DNA of 64,000 nucleotides. It comes from Macrostomum hystrix (lineage: Eukaryota; Animalia; Platyhelminthes). Of the stretch, positions 12,301 to 32,828 are shown in pieces. The notes beneath the pieces were generated by a model. It did no database searches. It saw only the letters and a program-made list of their open reading frames with translations, and was not told the DNA's origin. The stretch is taken from assembly GCA_950097015.1 (NCBI GenBank), contig CATNEN010000001.1, positions 18,786,001-18,850,000 of the forward strand. Direction: 5' to 3'. Position numbers and translations under genes: made by a program. Numbering within the stretch: position 1 is the first letter of the stretch; the number at the start of each line of letters is the position of its first letter.

Positions 12301-13767
12301 TTGTCTGACAATATCAGTCCTTGTTCTTCTGACTAATTTTTCTGAAAAAAAACTATATTCTTTAGCTAAGTTTAGTATCTGGGCAAGCACCTTTAACTTC
12401 AGTCTTGTGTATAAAACAAAAGCAAACAAAAAATCGGTGACAGACAGGTGAGTTTCGTGTGTCCGATTTGCCCAGAAGATGACTACGGCATGCCCTGAGA
12501 GCACCTGTCTCCATTAGCATTCCTCATTTATCCGCTGAGGAATAGGATACAACGGGTAAATAATAGTCTGCTGTTACTCAACTCACCCAGATAAGCTAGC
12601 TGCAATAATGAGCTGTCCCAGCTCAGGTTAAGTTGCTCATTGACCTGCTCAGAGATACGAAAATGGACTTGGGGGAGGGTTCAAGGTGACAGTCTTTTTA
12701 GACAACCTCAAGCAGCAGAAAAGTATATGGATTTTCTACAATGAGAGATTTCCAAGACTATTTTAGCTAGGAACTCGTGGGGTGTACAGCTGGTGGGGTA
12801 CATCGATTGGAAAAATTGATGAGCTTAGATTAATCGATGCAAAAGATAAGAACTTCGACAGTACCGGAAAAACCCTAACTCCCATGAGATTCTAATTGCA
12901 GCTGTCTTTTATCCCCTGGACACTAGCATAGAATCCCCAACTACAAAACTAATCCCAATACCAATTTGATGCCATTTTTAATCCAATCCTAATCCTAGAT
13001 TAGGAATCGATAACGGAATTCCCTATAACGGAAATCTTAAACGGGTGTCCCTTTACCGGGAAACCCGAAGGGAATTCCCTTTACCGGGAATCCCAAAAGG
13101 AATTCCCTTTACGGGAATCCTAAGCGGAATCCCTTTTGCGGGAATCCTAAGCAGATATTTTTATAGGGGAATTCTAAACGGAATTCCTGAAACGGGGAAT
13201 ACTTTTGAAAAATTTTTAAAAATACCGAACCTGATTGTTTGGGATCGCATGATCCCAAATTAGAAATCTTCAAAAATTTCGAGAATTCTAACCAGAATTT
13301 GAAAACCGGAAATCCCTAAAAAGAAATTCTGAATTTGGCAGTTATCAAAATAACTATGACTATGAAAATAAAACAAACTAAGCTTTCCTATGTTAGAGAA
13401 CTGAAATGATAAAACTATATAAAATTTCATGTGGATTCGGAATAGAGCAACATACGGCAATGCTCACACACACACACACACACATATGGCTTGCCTTATC
13501 CAGTCATACCATAGCGACTTCATCCTGCCTACATTCGGTTGGAGCAGAGAAGCAAAAAGTTTTTCGTTTGATTGCATAATCACTGCTTGGTGGAGGGAGT
13601 CAATGGGATTAGGGCGAGCTGCTTCTCATCTAGGTCCATTCCTCATCTTTGCATCTCACCAAACTACAATGCCGCCTACTACAGCTGCTTGAGCACAGCT
13701 CAGGCAGTGCTCGAAGTTTACTTTGTACCACACGCAAGAATGATCCTGAAACTTACCCGAACCCATG

Positions 13768-14518
13768 TACAGTCATAGTGGAATGCTGTCATAGTGGAAC
13801 TGACAGGTCATGGAATACAATCATAATGGAACTGACTGGTCATGGAATACAGTCATAGTGGAACTGACTGGTCATGGAATACAGTCATAAAAGGAACCAA
13901 TTGGTCATGGAATACAGTCATAAAGGAACCAACTGGTCATGGAATACAGTCATAAAGGAACCAATTGGTCATGGAATACAGTCATAAAGGAACCAATTGG
14001 TCATGGAATACAGTCATAAAGGAACCAATTGGTCATGGAATACAGTCATAAAGGAACCAATTGGTCATGGAATACAGTCATAAAGGAACCAATTGGTCAT
14101 GGAATACAGTCATAAAGGAACCAATTGGTCATGGAATACAGTCATAAAGGAACCAATTGGTCATGGAATACAGTCATAAAGGAACCAATTGGTCATGGAA
14201 TACAGTCATAAAGGAACCAATTGGTCATGGAATACAGTCATAAAGGAACTAATTGGTCATGGAATACAGTCATAAAGGAACCAATTGGTCATGGAATACA
14301 GTCATAAAGGAACCAATTGGTCATGGAATACAGTCATAAAGGAACCAATTGGTCATGGAATACAGTCATAAAGGAACCAATTGGTCATGGAATACAGTCA
14401 TAAAGGAACCAATTGGTCATGGAATACAGTCATAAAGGAACCAATTGGTCATGGAAGACAGTCATAAAGGAACCAATTGCTCATGGAATACAGTCATAAA
14501 GGAACCAACTGGTCATAG
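13768..14518. repeat. 32-bp minisatellite with internal palindrome ACCAATTGGT
   Basis: Unit GGAATACAGTCATAAAGGAACCAATTGGTCAT, about 23 copies. Confidence 0.96.
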
Positions 14519-14859
14519 TAATTTAGCACTAGTTATTCTGCAGGGCAAAAAACAAAACGAGTCACTGATGCAGGTAGGTTCCAACGAACAAATCGCACAA
14601 TTCTCAAGTCTTGCAGGTGTAGCGAACACTCGCCTTGAAAAGCGAGGCGGCCAAATAGCAAAATAAATGAAACCAATAGCAGAAGACATTTCCTCAATTA
14701 ACAAACTGTATAGTTGGGTCATAAATTACAATCGGAGCCCAAAAAAACTTTTCGACGAAATAATTAATGCACAATGCAATGTAGCATTGCACCCAACGAA
14801 AGAATTTTCCGGCGACACGGACAAAACAAAAACAGGGGAGCAAAGCAGAAAAAAGACAG

Positions 14860-16085
14860 TTAGACAGACAAGAAAAGAAAGACAGACAGGTAGAGAAATA
14901 CAGACAGGTAAAAGGACAGACAGGTAGAGAAATACAGACAGGTAAAAGGACAGACAGGTAGAGAAATACAGACAAGTAAAAGGACAGACAGGTAGAGAAG
15001 GACAGACAGGTAGAGAAGGACAGACAGGTAAAAGGACATACAGGTAGAGAAGGACAAACAGGTAGAGAAAGACAGACAGGTAGAGAAAGACAGACAGGTA
15101 GAGAAAGACAGACAGGTAAAAGGACAGACAGGTAGAGAAGGACAGACAGGTAAAAGGACAGACAGGTAGAGAAGGACAGACAGGTAGAAAAGGACAGACA
15201 GGTAGAGAAGGACAGACAGGTAAAAGGACAGACAGGTAGAGAAGGACAGACAGGTAGAGAAAGACAGACAGGTAGAGAAAGACAGACAGGTAAAAGGACA
15301 GACAGGTAGAGAAAGACAGACAGGTAAAAGGACAGACAGGTAGAGAAGGACAGACAGGTAAAAGGACAGACAGGTAGAGGAATACAGACAGGTAAAAGGG
15401 CAGACAGGTAGAGAAGGACAGACAGGTAGAGAAAGACAGACAGGTAGAGAAAGACAGACAGGTAAAAGGACAGACAGGTAGAGGAATACAGACAGGTAAA
15501 AGGACAGACAGATAGAGAAGGACAGACAGGTAGAGAAAGACAGACAGGTAGAGAAAGACAGACAGGTAAAAGGACAGACAGGTAGAGAAGGACAGACAGG
15601 TAAAAGGACAGACAGGTAGAGAAGGACAGACAGGTAGAAAAGGACAGACAGGTAGAGAAGGACAGACAGGTAAAAGGACAGACAGGTAGAGAAGGACAGA
15701 CAGGTAGAGAAAGACAGACAGGTAGAGAAAGACAGACAGGTAAAAGGACAGACAGGTAGAGGAATACAGACAGGTAAAAGGACAGACAGGTAGAGAAAGA
15801 CAGACAGGTAGAGAAAGACAGACAGGTAGAGAAAGACAGACAGGTAAAAGGACAGACAGGTAGAGAAGGACAGACAGGTAAAAGGACAGACAGGTAGAGA
15901 AGGACAGACAGGTAGAAAAGGACAGACAGGTAGAGAAGGACAGACAGGTAAAAGGACAGACAGGTAGAGAAGGACAGACAGGTAGAGAAAGACAGACAGG
16001 TAGAGAAAGACAGACAGGTAAAAGGACAGACAGGTAGAGGAATACAGACAGGTAAAAGGACAGACAGGTAGAGAAAGACAGACAG
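14860..16085. repeat. 16/18-bp compound minisatellite (GACAGACAGGTAGAGAAA / GACAGACAGGTAAAAG)
   Basis: Interspersed 16- and 18-bp units. Confidence 0.95.
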
Positions 16086-16593
16086 CCACCAGACTGCGTG
16101 GGCGGCAGTGGACAGTTCACGCCAGTCTAACGCTGCAGTTGCTAAGACAGGACAGCAGCATCGCATGGGCCCAGTCGCACACAAAATTGGGATCGGAAAG
16201 CCAGGTGGGAGGGTGGCGAATTCTTCTTATCCTAGCGTGCTGGGATTTCACAAAATGGGATAAGCGATCAGTCAAAAAGGGGATACGTGGGAGAGGAATG
16301 AAATGTGGTGGGATCCAATGCTCTGCTTTAGCCACCTTTTGTGGGCTGGGGAAGCAGCTATTGTGTCTGCAGCAGACTTGCTTCTTTTGGGGTTTGTTGG
16401 TACTTTTCTCAGATCTTAGCCGGGGGATGGAGTCGCTGGGGCGGGCACTGACAGACAGAAAACACAAACAAGCCGATGCGTGAACTGGGAAAGATTGGGA
16501 GAAACGGCTAGGGAAACTGGAAAATTTGGGGATTATAAGGGACGGCTGGGAATAAGGAGAAGGACAGGAAATATGGATAGGAAATGAAAGCAT

Positions 16594-16990
16594 AGGAGAG
16601 GAGGGGAGAGGAGAGGACAGGAGAGGAGGGGAGAGGAGAGGAGAGGACAAGAGAGGACAGGAGAGGAGAGGACAGGAGAGGAGAGGACAGGAGAGGAGAG
16701 GAGAGGACAAGAGAGGACAGGAGAGGAGAGGAGAGGAGCGGAGAGGAGGTGAGAGGAGAGGAGAGGAGGTGAGAGGAGAGGAGAGGAGGTGAGAGGAGAG
16801 GAGAGGAGAGGAGAGGAGAGGAGAGAAGAGGAGGGGAGGGGAGAGGAGAGGAGCGGAGAGGAGGTGAGAGGAGAGGAGAGGAGGTGAGAGGAGTGGAGAG
16901 GAGGTGAGAGGAGAGGAGAGGAGAGGAGAGGAGAGGACAGAAGAGGAGGGGAGAAGAAAGAAGAGGAGGGGAGAGGAGAGGAGAGTAGGA
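16594..16990. repeat. (GAGAG)n-type low-complexity purine tract
   Basis: Direct observation. Confidence 0.9.
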
Positions 16991-17659
16991 AGGCGAATCG
17001 GCCCCTCACAATGCCGAGGCTGTTGATTTCTTACCACAGGCGATGCAGTCATGACGAAGGCAGACACAACAATGATCCCAGATTAATTTAGATATTCAAA
17101 ACCGGCATGCTGGAAAGTAATGTTAGAAAAAGTAAGAATACGCCAAGTAGCCGCCTAATTGATATCATTACACAGGAAAATGAGTTAAGAAAACAAGTGC
17201 ATAAAAATAATGCTGGGAACAGCGCACAATGCACCGAGAGAACCCTGCATGACGACCAAATGTAGAACATTCCCACACTTAGTCTAACCTATACAGCCAA
17301 CAAAATTCTTATGTGTGGTAGGTAGGTAGCTTGGCAGCAAAAGTACAGGACACAGTAGTTAGTCAAGATTACTGCACCACAGACATACACACAGATCCTA
17401 GTCCATATGGTCTTGCGAAATTCCTACCAGCAACACCAATTACTAGGTAACAAAAGATTAAGATTACTGCAGGAAAACTGGCTTACACGATACATTCGAA
17501 GACAGACTGTAGGCTACATTTTTGGATACACGATTTAGATACAAATTATAGAAAAAAACTGGACCTAATTCAATTGCAATATTTTCTGATTCGAATCAAT
17601 GGAACTCCTGTCTAGATTATTCATCCCGATAAGAAAACCTGAAGTTTCAATACACCAAG

Positions 17660-18497
17660 CTGGAGAAGTTGGGACTTGACTTAAAGAAGTTGGGGCTTCA
17701 CTCTTTGAAGTTGGGATTTCCGTTAGAGAAGTTGGGATTTCCGTTAGAGAAGTTGGGATTTCCGTTAGAGAAGTTGGGATTTCCGTTAGAGAAGTTGGGA
17801 TTTCCGTTAGAGAAGTTGGGATTTCCGTTAGAGAAGTTGGGATTTCCGTTAGAGAAGTTGGAATTTCCGCTAGAGAAGTTGGGATTTCCGTTAGAGAAGT
17901 TGGGATTTCCGTTAGAGAAGTTAGGGTTTCCGTTAGAGAAGTTGGAATTTCCGCTAGAGAAGTTGGGATTTCCGTAGAGAAGTTGGGATTTCCGTTAGAG
18001 AAGTTGGAATTTCCGCTAGAGAAGTTGGAATTGCCGTTAGAGAAGTTGGAATTTCCGTTAGAGAAATCGGGACTTAACCTGGAGAAGTTGGGATTTCGCT
18101 TGGTGAAGTTAGGATTATCGTTAGAGAAGTTGGGACTTCCCTTGGAGAAGTTGGGACTTCACTCGGAGAAGTTGGGACTTCACTCGGAGAAGTTGGGACT
18201 TCACTCGGAGAAGTTGGGACTTCACTCGGAGAAGTTGGGACTTCACTCGGAGAAGTTGGGACTTCACTCGGAGAAGTTGGGACTTCACTCGGAGAAGTTG
18301 GGACTTCACTCGGAGAAGTTGGGACTTCACTCGGAGAAGTTGGGACTTCACTCGGAGAAGTTGGGACTTCCCTTGGAGAAGTTGGGATTTGGCTTGGAGA
18401 AGTTGGGATTTTGCTTGGAGAAGTTGGGATTTGGCTTGGAGAAGTTGGGACTTCATTTGGAGAAGTTGGGACTTCCCTTGGAGAAGTTGGGATTTCG
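17660..18497. repeat. 21-bp minisatellite, two subtypes (GAGAAGTTGGGATTTCCGTTA / GAGAAGTTGGGACTTCACTCG)
   Basis: About 40 units in two homogenised blocks. Confidence 0.95.
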
Positions 18498-19274
18498 ACA
18501 AAATAAGTTTTTAATGTCATAAATTGGGATTTGGAAAGCATAAGTTCTATTTCGAAACTATTTCAGAAGGAAATCTACTAAAAAAATATGACTCAACGGT
18601 GGGGTATATATACCATATCTCAAGTCTCTGAATTTAACCGAACTTAATATAATAGCGAAATAAGGAACAACTGGGAGAATAGTTAAGCGGAGCTGCTGCT
18701 TCCAATAATTATTTAATCGAGACGCGCTGTTGGTTTCATATCGACTCTAACCATACGAGATTGCGTATGTAATATTAATATATATATATATGTATAGATA
18801 TATGCGGCATTAGAAATCGATATATTAATATATTAGAAATAAAATAGTTTGTATACAGAAACACGAATTCCGTGCTAGGCCTCAGTAAAAAAGTATATTG
18901 TAATAAATTGTACTACATTTATAGCAATACGGTGTCATAAGTTAGCAAACAATAGGAGCATTAATTAATCTTTGTTAGTGACAAAAAGCCCTCACATAAC
19001 TAGGTAGTAACTTGCAATTAATTTTTAACTATTTTTATCAGGATTAATGACAAGATTACGAGCTTCGGCTAGTCATGATGGCATTAAACTGTTGAGTCGT
19101 TTACAGAGCAGTCAATTAAAACAATAAAATAACAATTAAGCACGGAAAAGGTTTATACACAACGACATGGCTATGAGACAGAAAGCAAATGGATATTTGT
19201 GTTCTTTTCGAGTCTTTAAAGATCAACCTCATCCCATTGTCCGCGGACACCTCACTACTCTGTAGACTTGGATA

Positions 19275-19420
19275 AAATCTCACCCCTCCGAACCCGGATC
19301 TCACTCCTCCGAATTCTAATCTCACCCCTCCGAACCCGAATCTCACCCCTCCGAACTCTAATCTCACCCCTCCGAACTCTAATCTCACCCTCCGAACCCG
19401 AATCTCACCCCTTCGAAATT
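19275..19420. repeat. 21-bp repeat (AATCTCACCCCTCCGAACTCT)
   Basis: About seven imperfect units. Confidence 0.85.
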
Positions 19421-22400
19421 GACATCTATAGAATCTCACATTGAGTCTAAACTGTCGGTGAGAACACTTATAAATCAACAATGAGATAAGTCGAGGCCTT
19501 AAAAAAACGCTGAGTCAAAATCACCGAGAGGCAATAAAACTGGTTTTCATAGAAATACAAAATTGTTGATAGCGACATGCAGAAATTGTAACAATTTGGT
19601 AGGCAACAGTAGAAAATAGCACAAGATATTTCCGCTTAAGCCTAGCAAGCATTAAAATATAGTGAACAAATCAAGCTTGTGAGTGACACGTTATTGGTTA
19701 AAGTGCGCAGTTTAGCATTGAACATTAGTCTGAGTGACAGCTTTGAAGCCGCACAATTAGCACACATTAGTTAGCCAAATAAATATACTAATAATAAGGC
19801 CTAGCCCTGCATAGTTGAACAGAAATTGGCAAAAAAGACAGCAATTACAGATAAACCTATTTAAAACATTAAAACAAGCAAAAGGATGATTAAATTAATA
19901 AAGGAGTTTTGTGCCAATAAAATTTTTATTCGGTTAGATCCATCAAAATCGAAATAGCGGTTATAGCAATGAAAAAAGCTAACAATAACTAGAAAAACAC
20001 AACACAAGAAGCAATGCGCAAGCAAGTTTGAGACTAGGATTAGCAATTAGCTGATGAAAGATTTCTGTGATCGAGGAAAAAACTGGAGAGAAAAAGCAGT
20101 TAAAATTTGAATAAGCGGAAATTGAAGAGAGAAAGATTTAGGCGCAGTTGAAGAATTATCAAGACTAAAAAAAGAAAAGTTGCAGAACGCAGGTGCTGTA
20201 ACTGATCACATCACACAGTGAATAGTACGGCTCACTACTATTTGTCCTAAAACATTCCCACATCTGCACGCCAGTGACAATTTATTCATTTCTAAAAGCC
20301 CTAGTCTGGGCAGATTTAGGCCTGAAAAAGATTAACCATTGTATTGAATATAACCAAACTAACAAAATTGTAAGAATAATCTAGGCTAAGAAGACTTGAG
20401 CAGACAGGCAGGCATTGGGAACATTGGGACGGTGGGTTTGAAGTGGGTTGAGGTTGATGCGTTCATTGGGCTTCGTATTTTTTGTACTGTTGTAAAGGGG
20501 AGGGCGTTCTGAAAACTGACGTCACCGCTGTGTCATCCTTTCTGAACTAAGTTTCCTCACTTGTATTTTCTCCCATGCCTATGCTAATAATAAAGCCATA
20601 CTATGAACCTAATCTATAGCGACATCCACCCCTTACACTCACGCTCAGCTAGTCCTTCATTCTCTCACCCGCCCAGCACAAACCCACCACCCCACAGCCT
20701 GGACGGGACAAAGTGTACATTAGATAAAATTGACACAAATGTACATATTCTAAACAGGCCCGCTTGCCACTAACCCCCAACTGGGCCACTGTACAAATCC
20801 GGGTGCTGGTGTTTGATAGAGAAAGAGAAGGAATAGATGAGACAGCGGCTTATGCCTATCTTAGTATCAGAATTCCGGAATCGAAGAGGGAAGGTGGGGT
20901 TGCAGAGAGCAATGCACTCACGGAAGCTTTCGTTTCAAGCTCAATAAATTAACATTGCTTAATACACATACATACGCAAATTGCATCTATCGCGTCTGTC
21001 TTAGTGTTTATATATTTGTTTGAACTTTATTCATTGCTTAATTTACACACGCGTACAAGCCACCAGGTACAAAAGATACAGATTTTTTAGTTTAGACCCA
21101 GAAGAATTGAAGCCTGACAAAATGTTGGTTAATACCTAGATATCAGCCTTATAACACAGCACTCAGCTGCTTGGCAACAGCTGGCACACTGCGAACACAT
21201 TTTCTTCCTGTCTTTCTCTTCTATGCGCCCTCCTTGGTACGGCTCCAGCCTCCATCTGCGCATGATTATTACCTTCTAGCACACCTTTTATCTTCTAATA
21301 AGTAAATATATATATGCGCTTTGTTTGGCCTTTCTAAGCCTCTTGGATGCAAGGTAATCTTAAATCGAAGGGAAAGTAAATAGAAAAGCCAATTTACGTT
21401 GGAAAATTGCAACAAGCGACAAAATGACATATACGAAAGCGCTTTTTTTAAATTGAATTCATGCAAATTAATCAGAGTTATTCATAATTTGTTAGGTGCA
21501 AAAACAGAAATGTTTCTAGACGAAACAAAATTTTGACCTTCAACTATTGATTGCTAAGCAAAAACACATTTAATGCAAAAATTAGTGCTTCCAAAAAGCA
21601 GTGATTGATAATTTTCTTGATAATTGTTAAAAAACAATACTTACGACAGGTCACAGGTGTAATATTTGTGTGCCGAAACCGGAAACTCCAGAACGAATTT
21701 GAGATTCCAGAAGTTGAGATTGAATTTCTTCTCTTTAGTTAAAACTTAAAGATCCTACTCATTTATACTCCTATCCCCAGATCCTACTCAAAGCTCAGAT
21801 CATCTAAATTAAAAGACATTACCGAAAAGTATTAGTCGAACAGAAATTCAAAAGGACAATACCTAAAATGGGATTCTCAAATTCAACCAATGTGGGAATC
21901 TATAAATATAATATTGATTGGAAGTAGAATACCATAAGGATATCACCCAAAAGGGATTCCTAATAAGGGTATCCCAAGGGATTCCCAATAAGGATATCCC
22001 AAGGGATTCCCTATCAGGGCATTCTAAAGGGATTCCCAATAATGGTATCCCAATAGGATTCCTAAAAAGCAACTAAAGGATAAAGGAATTAATGAAAGGA
22101 TTCCAATTATTTGAGAGAACTTATATATTAGCAGAAAAATCCAAAAGAATTATACGACAGCACAAGACTTTACAAACTCCAAAAGAGAAGAAATTGCATG
22201 AAGGCAAACAACTTAAGTTAAAAGGGATTTCCAGATATAAGAGTGAAAAAATGACTAAAAATATCAGATTAAACAATCAAAATAACTTTGCTACACGATA
22301 TAAAAACACAAGAATTTATTCAAACTTGATTTGTTTAAAAAACATGCAAACACGAGCGGGTAAATTTATGTACAAAGAAAAACTCAACTGGTATCTTAAA

Positions 22401-22623
22401 AGAACAGAAACGAGAAGCACTGGCTAAGAGAGAGCCTAGCAACTAAGAGACCTCTGGAATACACTAGCATAGCTCACAGGTATATCCGATTGCATCATCA
22501 CCAAACTAAACTGGACGCAAGAAATTAACAGAAAAGAAATTGCTTCCTTTTACAGTCCAGCCCTGTGTACGCGCTTAGAAATATTTGGTTGGAAACATAA
22601 TTTAGCAGGCTACAGTAGCACTG

Positions 22624-28778
<6,155 letters not shown>

Positions 28779-29064
28779 CTATACACAAAGTGCTAAGAAT
28801 CTTTGTATTCAGTTAGGTTCTAATAAGGCAGCCTCAGATTCTATATTTTAGAAATAACTGGAAAATTATTTGAATTATGCAGGATAGATGGATAAAAATC
28901 AACACATTGAATACATCTTATCAACATAATAAATGTGCAGCAAATTGTACAGCCACATAAAAATGCAACATATGGCAGTTTAGTCCATGGACTGTAGGAT
29001 GACACACTAAATTAGGTAACTTTGTACTTGCCATTGGAAATTAATAATTATCCTTAACTAAGTA

Positions 29065-29347
29065 CATACATGCGCAACACCCGGCCAACCCGGCCGCCCC
29101 GGCCGGGTGAAACGAGGGCCAAGCAAGGTAAGTCGCAAAAACCAATTGACCAAGCGCAAAAAAATCAAAGAGGGGCACCAAGGGACAAAAAAGGAAGGCG
29201 TGAAGAAAAGGAAAAAGGGGAGAGAAAAAGAGAGCAAATGAGAGCAAACTAAGTCGTAAATAGAGCAATGAAATGAACTAAGTCGCAAATGAGAGCAAAA
29301 ACTAAGTCGCAAAGTCTGGCTAAGATTTGGGAGGTTGCACATGTATG
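29065..29347. mobile_element. Non-autonomous hAT-type MITE (283 bp)
   Basis: TIRs CATACATGCGCAAC / GTTGCACATGTATG (14 bp, 1 mismatch) flanked by a perfect 8-bp TSD ACTAAGTA (29057-29064, 29348-29355). An 8-bp TSD with CA...TG ends is typical of hAT. Confidence 0.85.
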
Positions 29348-31939
29348 ACTAAGTATTGGCTTGTTCTTGGTCTTTGCTTAGTGCATCTTTTAGGTAACTT
29401 AGGTAAAAAATATTGTGTTGCTATTCTTTGAAATAGGGCCTAATAACAATATGACTAAGTTGCCTCTTTAAAGTTGAACATTTATTTCTTGAGCTTGACA
29501 TTGAGTTGAAGATATTAACTTGATAAGTGTGATTTTGTCAATCTTTTAAACACAATTGGACTCATCATTATTTTATACTAAAGGACTTAAAATGGATTAG
29601 AAATTAACATAGTTTGGAATTTTAAAGGCCTTGCAAACAATTTGTCAACTGAAGAAATTAGATCATGTGGTACTATGTTAATAATATTGCAACTAGCTAA
29701 TTTTGAAATACAAAAAGCTGGTCAGACAGAATAAGTAAAAATATAAAATAAAAATATATTTAACCTATATGACAGAATTCAACCTTAAGACAATAAAATG
29801 AGTAAATATGATATAGAATTATGTAATTCTATTGTTCATAACCAACAAATATAGAAGTATAATAGTGGGATAAAAGTTTATATAAACCTTTAATTGTTTA
29901 AGTGCTAATATTGAGTACTAAATTTGTGATGATATGTCTACCAAAAAGTTCAATGCATAAATCATATTAGACATTATTTAGCTAGAGCAATATGTAGATT
30001 TTAATTTATTTGAAACTTGTAGTCTTAAAAGGTAATTTATATAGCATAGAGCATTTGTATATTATATGTTTATATATGTCTTAAATACTAAATTAAATAA
30101 AACAAATAGACCAAATATTAAAAAATCCAACAAGAAGGCTAGGTCGTTTATTTATGTTGCTTCATATAGCATTGAGCTAAAATTAATGAAAAAATTTACT
30201 AATTGCTTTTTTTCTTTAATCAAAATAATATAATTAAGGTATTTTCAGGCCCATAGGGATTTTATGATAGAAATAAAACTATCTACAATTTTCTTGGTTC
30301 TCGGTTTTTACTGACATGAGTGCAAAAAACAAAAAGATGGTTTATAAAATTCTTTGCTAATTGTCCATGAAGTGACTTTGTAAACAATAAGCCTTTTCAT
30401 AGACCCTTAGTCACTTCTTTTGGTTATTCTAGTCCCATACTGCGGCTAGTAAAGAGACAATTCTGCCAATTTTTGCTGATTTCTAGGCACACAGGCCCAC
30501 ATTCTGTATGTAAGCACATACTCACACAGGAGTGTACATCTGCCTAACCTTAGGAGGTTGGCCCTCAAGAGTCCTTAAGGGGATAATTTGCTTGTCAAGC
30601 CCTAAGCCTTCTCGCTGCAGCTGTGCCAAAAAATGTGGCCCTTCCATGTAAATCTAGCTCAGGGATTTAGGTACTAGAGGCAAACACATTAACCGCATGC
30701 CACTCAAACCTTGAGTAGCACCCATAAGAGATTATATAGTAAATAAATAGCAGCTTAACCAATAATTTTAAGTTGTATTTTTTATCTACAAAATTGCATT
30801 GTCTCTTAGTCTGATCTGATAAATCTGACTATCGCTATGAACTGAATTATTTAAATTACCGTTATGAACTTCCTGCAATTAGGTCTTAAGACGATCTACT
30901 TCCACTTCATTAACGATAAACAATCGTTATCGTTAGGAGTTAGGACCGTGACAACCGTCCTATACAGTCAAACAATCGTCTTTCAGTCTAACACTAACAG
31001 TGAAAAGCATATAAAAGTATATGAAAGCTACCCAGAACAACAATAAAATTGGTTGGAAGATCAATATAAACTTATAACTAGCTCATAGCAAGTCAACAAT
31101 TACTTACAATAATATATAATATAATTACAATTTCTTAGCGGGCCCATTCGTTTCCTTACGATCAGTTTAACTTTCCGCTTAAATTCTATGAAGAATGATC
31201 ATAAAAACAAAAAAGAAGCACTTCTTGTGGATTAGAAGCAATTAGAGGAACTTAAAAACCATGCTAAGAAACTTAAACAGTCCACTGTACAAAAATATAT
31301 CGTTCTTATGATAAAGTCGCACGTCGGGCTTTGATTTTGTAAAGTTCCCGAGGCGAAAAGATTCACCGCATGCGAGATAAACGGTTGTCAGATTATTTAA
31401 GACTATTGTAGATTGCACGCCCACTAGGTTTTGCGTTTCGATTAACAATTAACTAAGTTGAAAAAACAAGTAGCTGTGATGATGAAATTTCGGAACCTTA
31501 CCACGTTACCTTTATTTTCGTATAATTCTGCATTAGCCCAATTGCCTTTTTTAATTTTTGTCTTGTCACCTCAGTTCAGACTCGTCTATTTATCGAATAA
31601 TTAAAATGCAACAATTAAGGGCACGTTTGTAAGAAAAAATATTCGTGACACACAAGCTATAGCACGAAAGAAATAGTTTCAATTGTACCACAAACTTGTA
31701 AGTGGTACGCAAGAATAAAATTTCAAATCCAATTGCTATAATATAAATAAAAGGCGGTCGGTATACAAACAAATCAAGAACAATCAATTTGAAATTTTTA
31801 TAGGGGTTTCGCAGAAAACATTAAAACCAGCTGGTTTCAGCAAACTCTAGCAGCGTGTCAGATGCGTCCCGGAAAGATGCTAAAACCGGCAGGCTGTATA
31901 GTGCGTGATCGCTCCCTGTGTCATAACTCCCTCGGCCTA

Positions 31940-32195
31940 ATCTCTCCCCTATCTCATCTCTCCCCTGTCTCATCTCTCCCCTGTCTCATCTCTCCCCTGT
32001 CTCATCTCTCCCCTGTCTCATCTCTCCCCTGTCTCATCTCTCCCCTGTCTCATCTCTCCCCTGTCTCATCTCTCCCCTGTCTCATCTCTCCCCTGTCTCA
32101 TCTCTCCCCTGTCTCATCTCTCCCCTGTCTCATCTCTCCCCTGTCTCATCTCTCCCCTGTCTCATCTCTCCCCTGTCTCATCTCTCCCCCCTGTC
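31940..32195. repeat. 16-bp minisatellite (TCTCATCTCTCCCCTG)n
   Basis: About 15 units. Confidence 0.95.
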
Positions 32196-32828
32196 TCTCT
32201 CCCGCCTTATCTCTTATCTTTGATTTTGACCCTCTATTTTCGTATTTTGGGTTCTCGATCTTTAGCTCGAGGCAAAGGGTTGCCTACACCTAGACATAAA
32301 ACAGAAAATCAGGGGCTTTAAATTTATATTTAACTGCCATAACAAATAACGTGTGGTATTTTTAATGCTTAGTCATTTGAAAATTTGGTCATCGAACTCA
32401 TGAACTCATGAATTCAAGCAGAGACAGGGCAGTGAGCAAGTTACAATACAATACAGAGCCAACAAGTTAAAAAAACACGCACATCAAATTTAAACACGAG
32501 CAGCGGACTATCAAAAGTGGAAAAAAGCTTGCGACAAAATGTAAACAGTGATTTTTGTAGAATATGCAAATCCCAATGAGTTAAAAAAATTAAAGCTTGA
32601 AGCAAATCATAAAATTTAATTATAAGTAATTACATGGTGCATCGATCAGAGGAAATAGCTGTACTTTTACTACTATAAAAAATGAACGCAAAGTCCATTT
32701 CAATTCACCGCACTTCTCCAAAAAATTGTAATTCAAAAAAGCTGGAAGAAAAAAAATTATATGGATCAGAATAAAGGAAACCTTCTTGTTCTTTGCCTTT
32801 GTCCACGTGCTTAACTTTGTCACTGCAG

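Noticed and set aside
12420-16500. Exon-like unique segments between arrays (12420-12540, 13500-13760, 14540-14820, 16085-16480)
   Set aside because: Could not assemble a consistent spliced ORF or recognise a protein family; left unannotated.
3-18541. Long ORFs such as 3-926, 4640-6362, 10139-12451, 14694-16184 and 17669-18541
   Set aside because: Translations of stop-free tandem repeats, often open in several frames, with no domain content.
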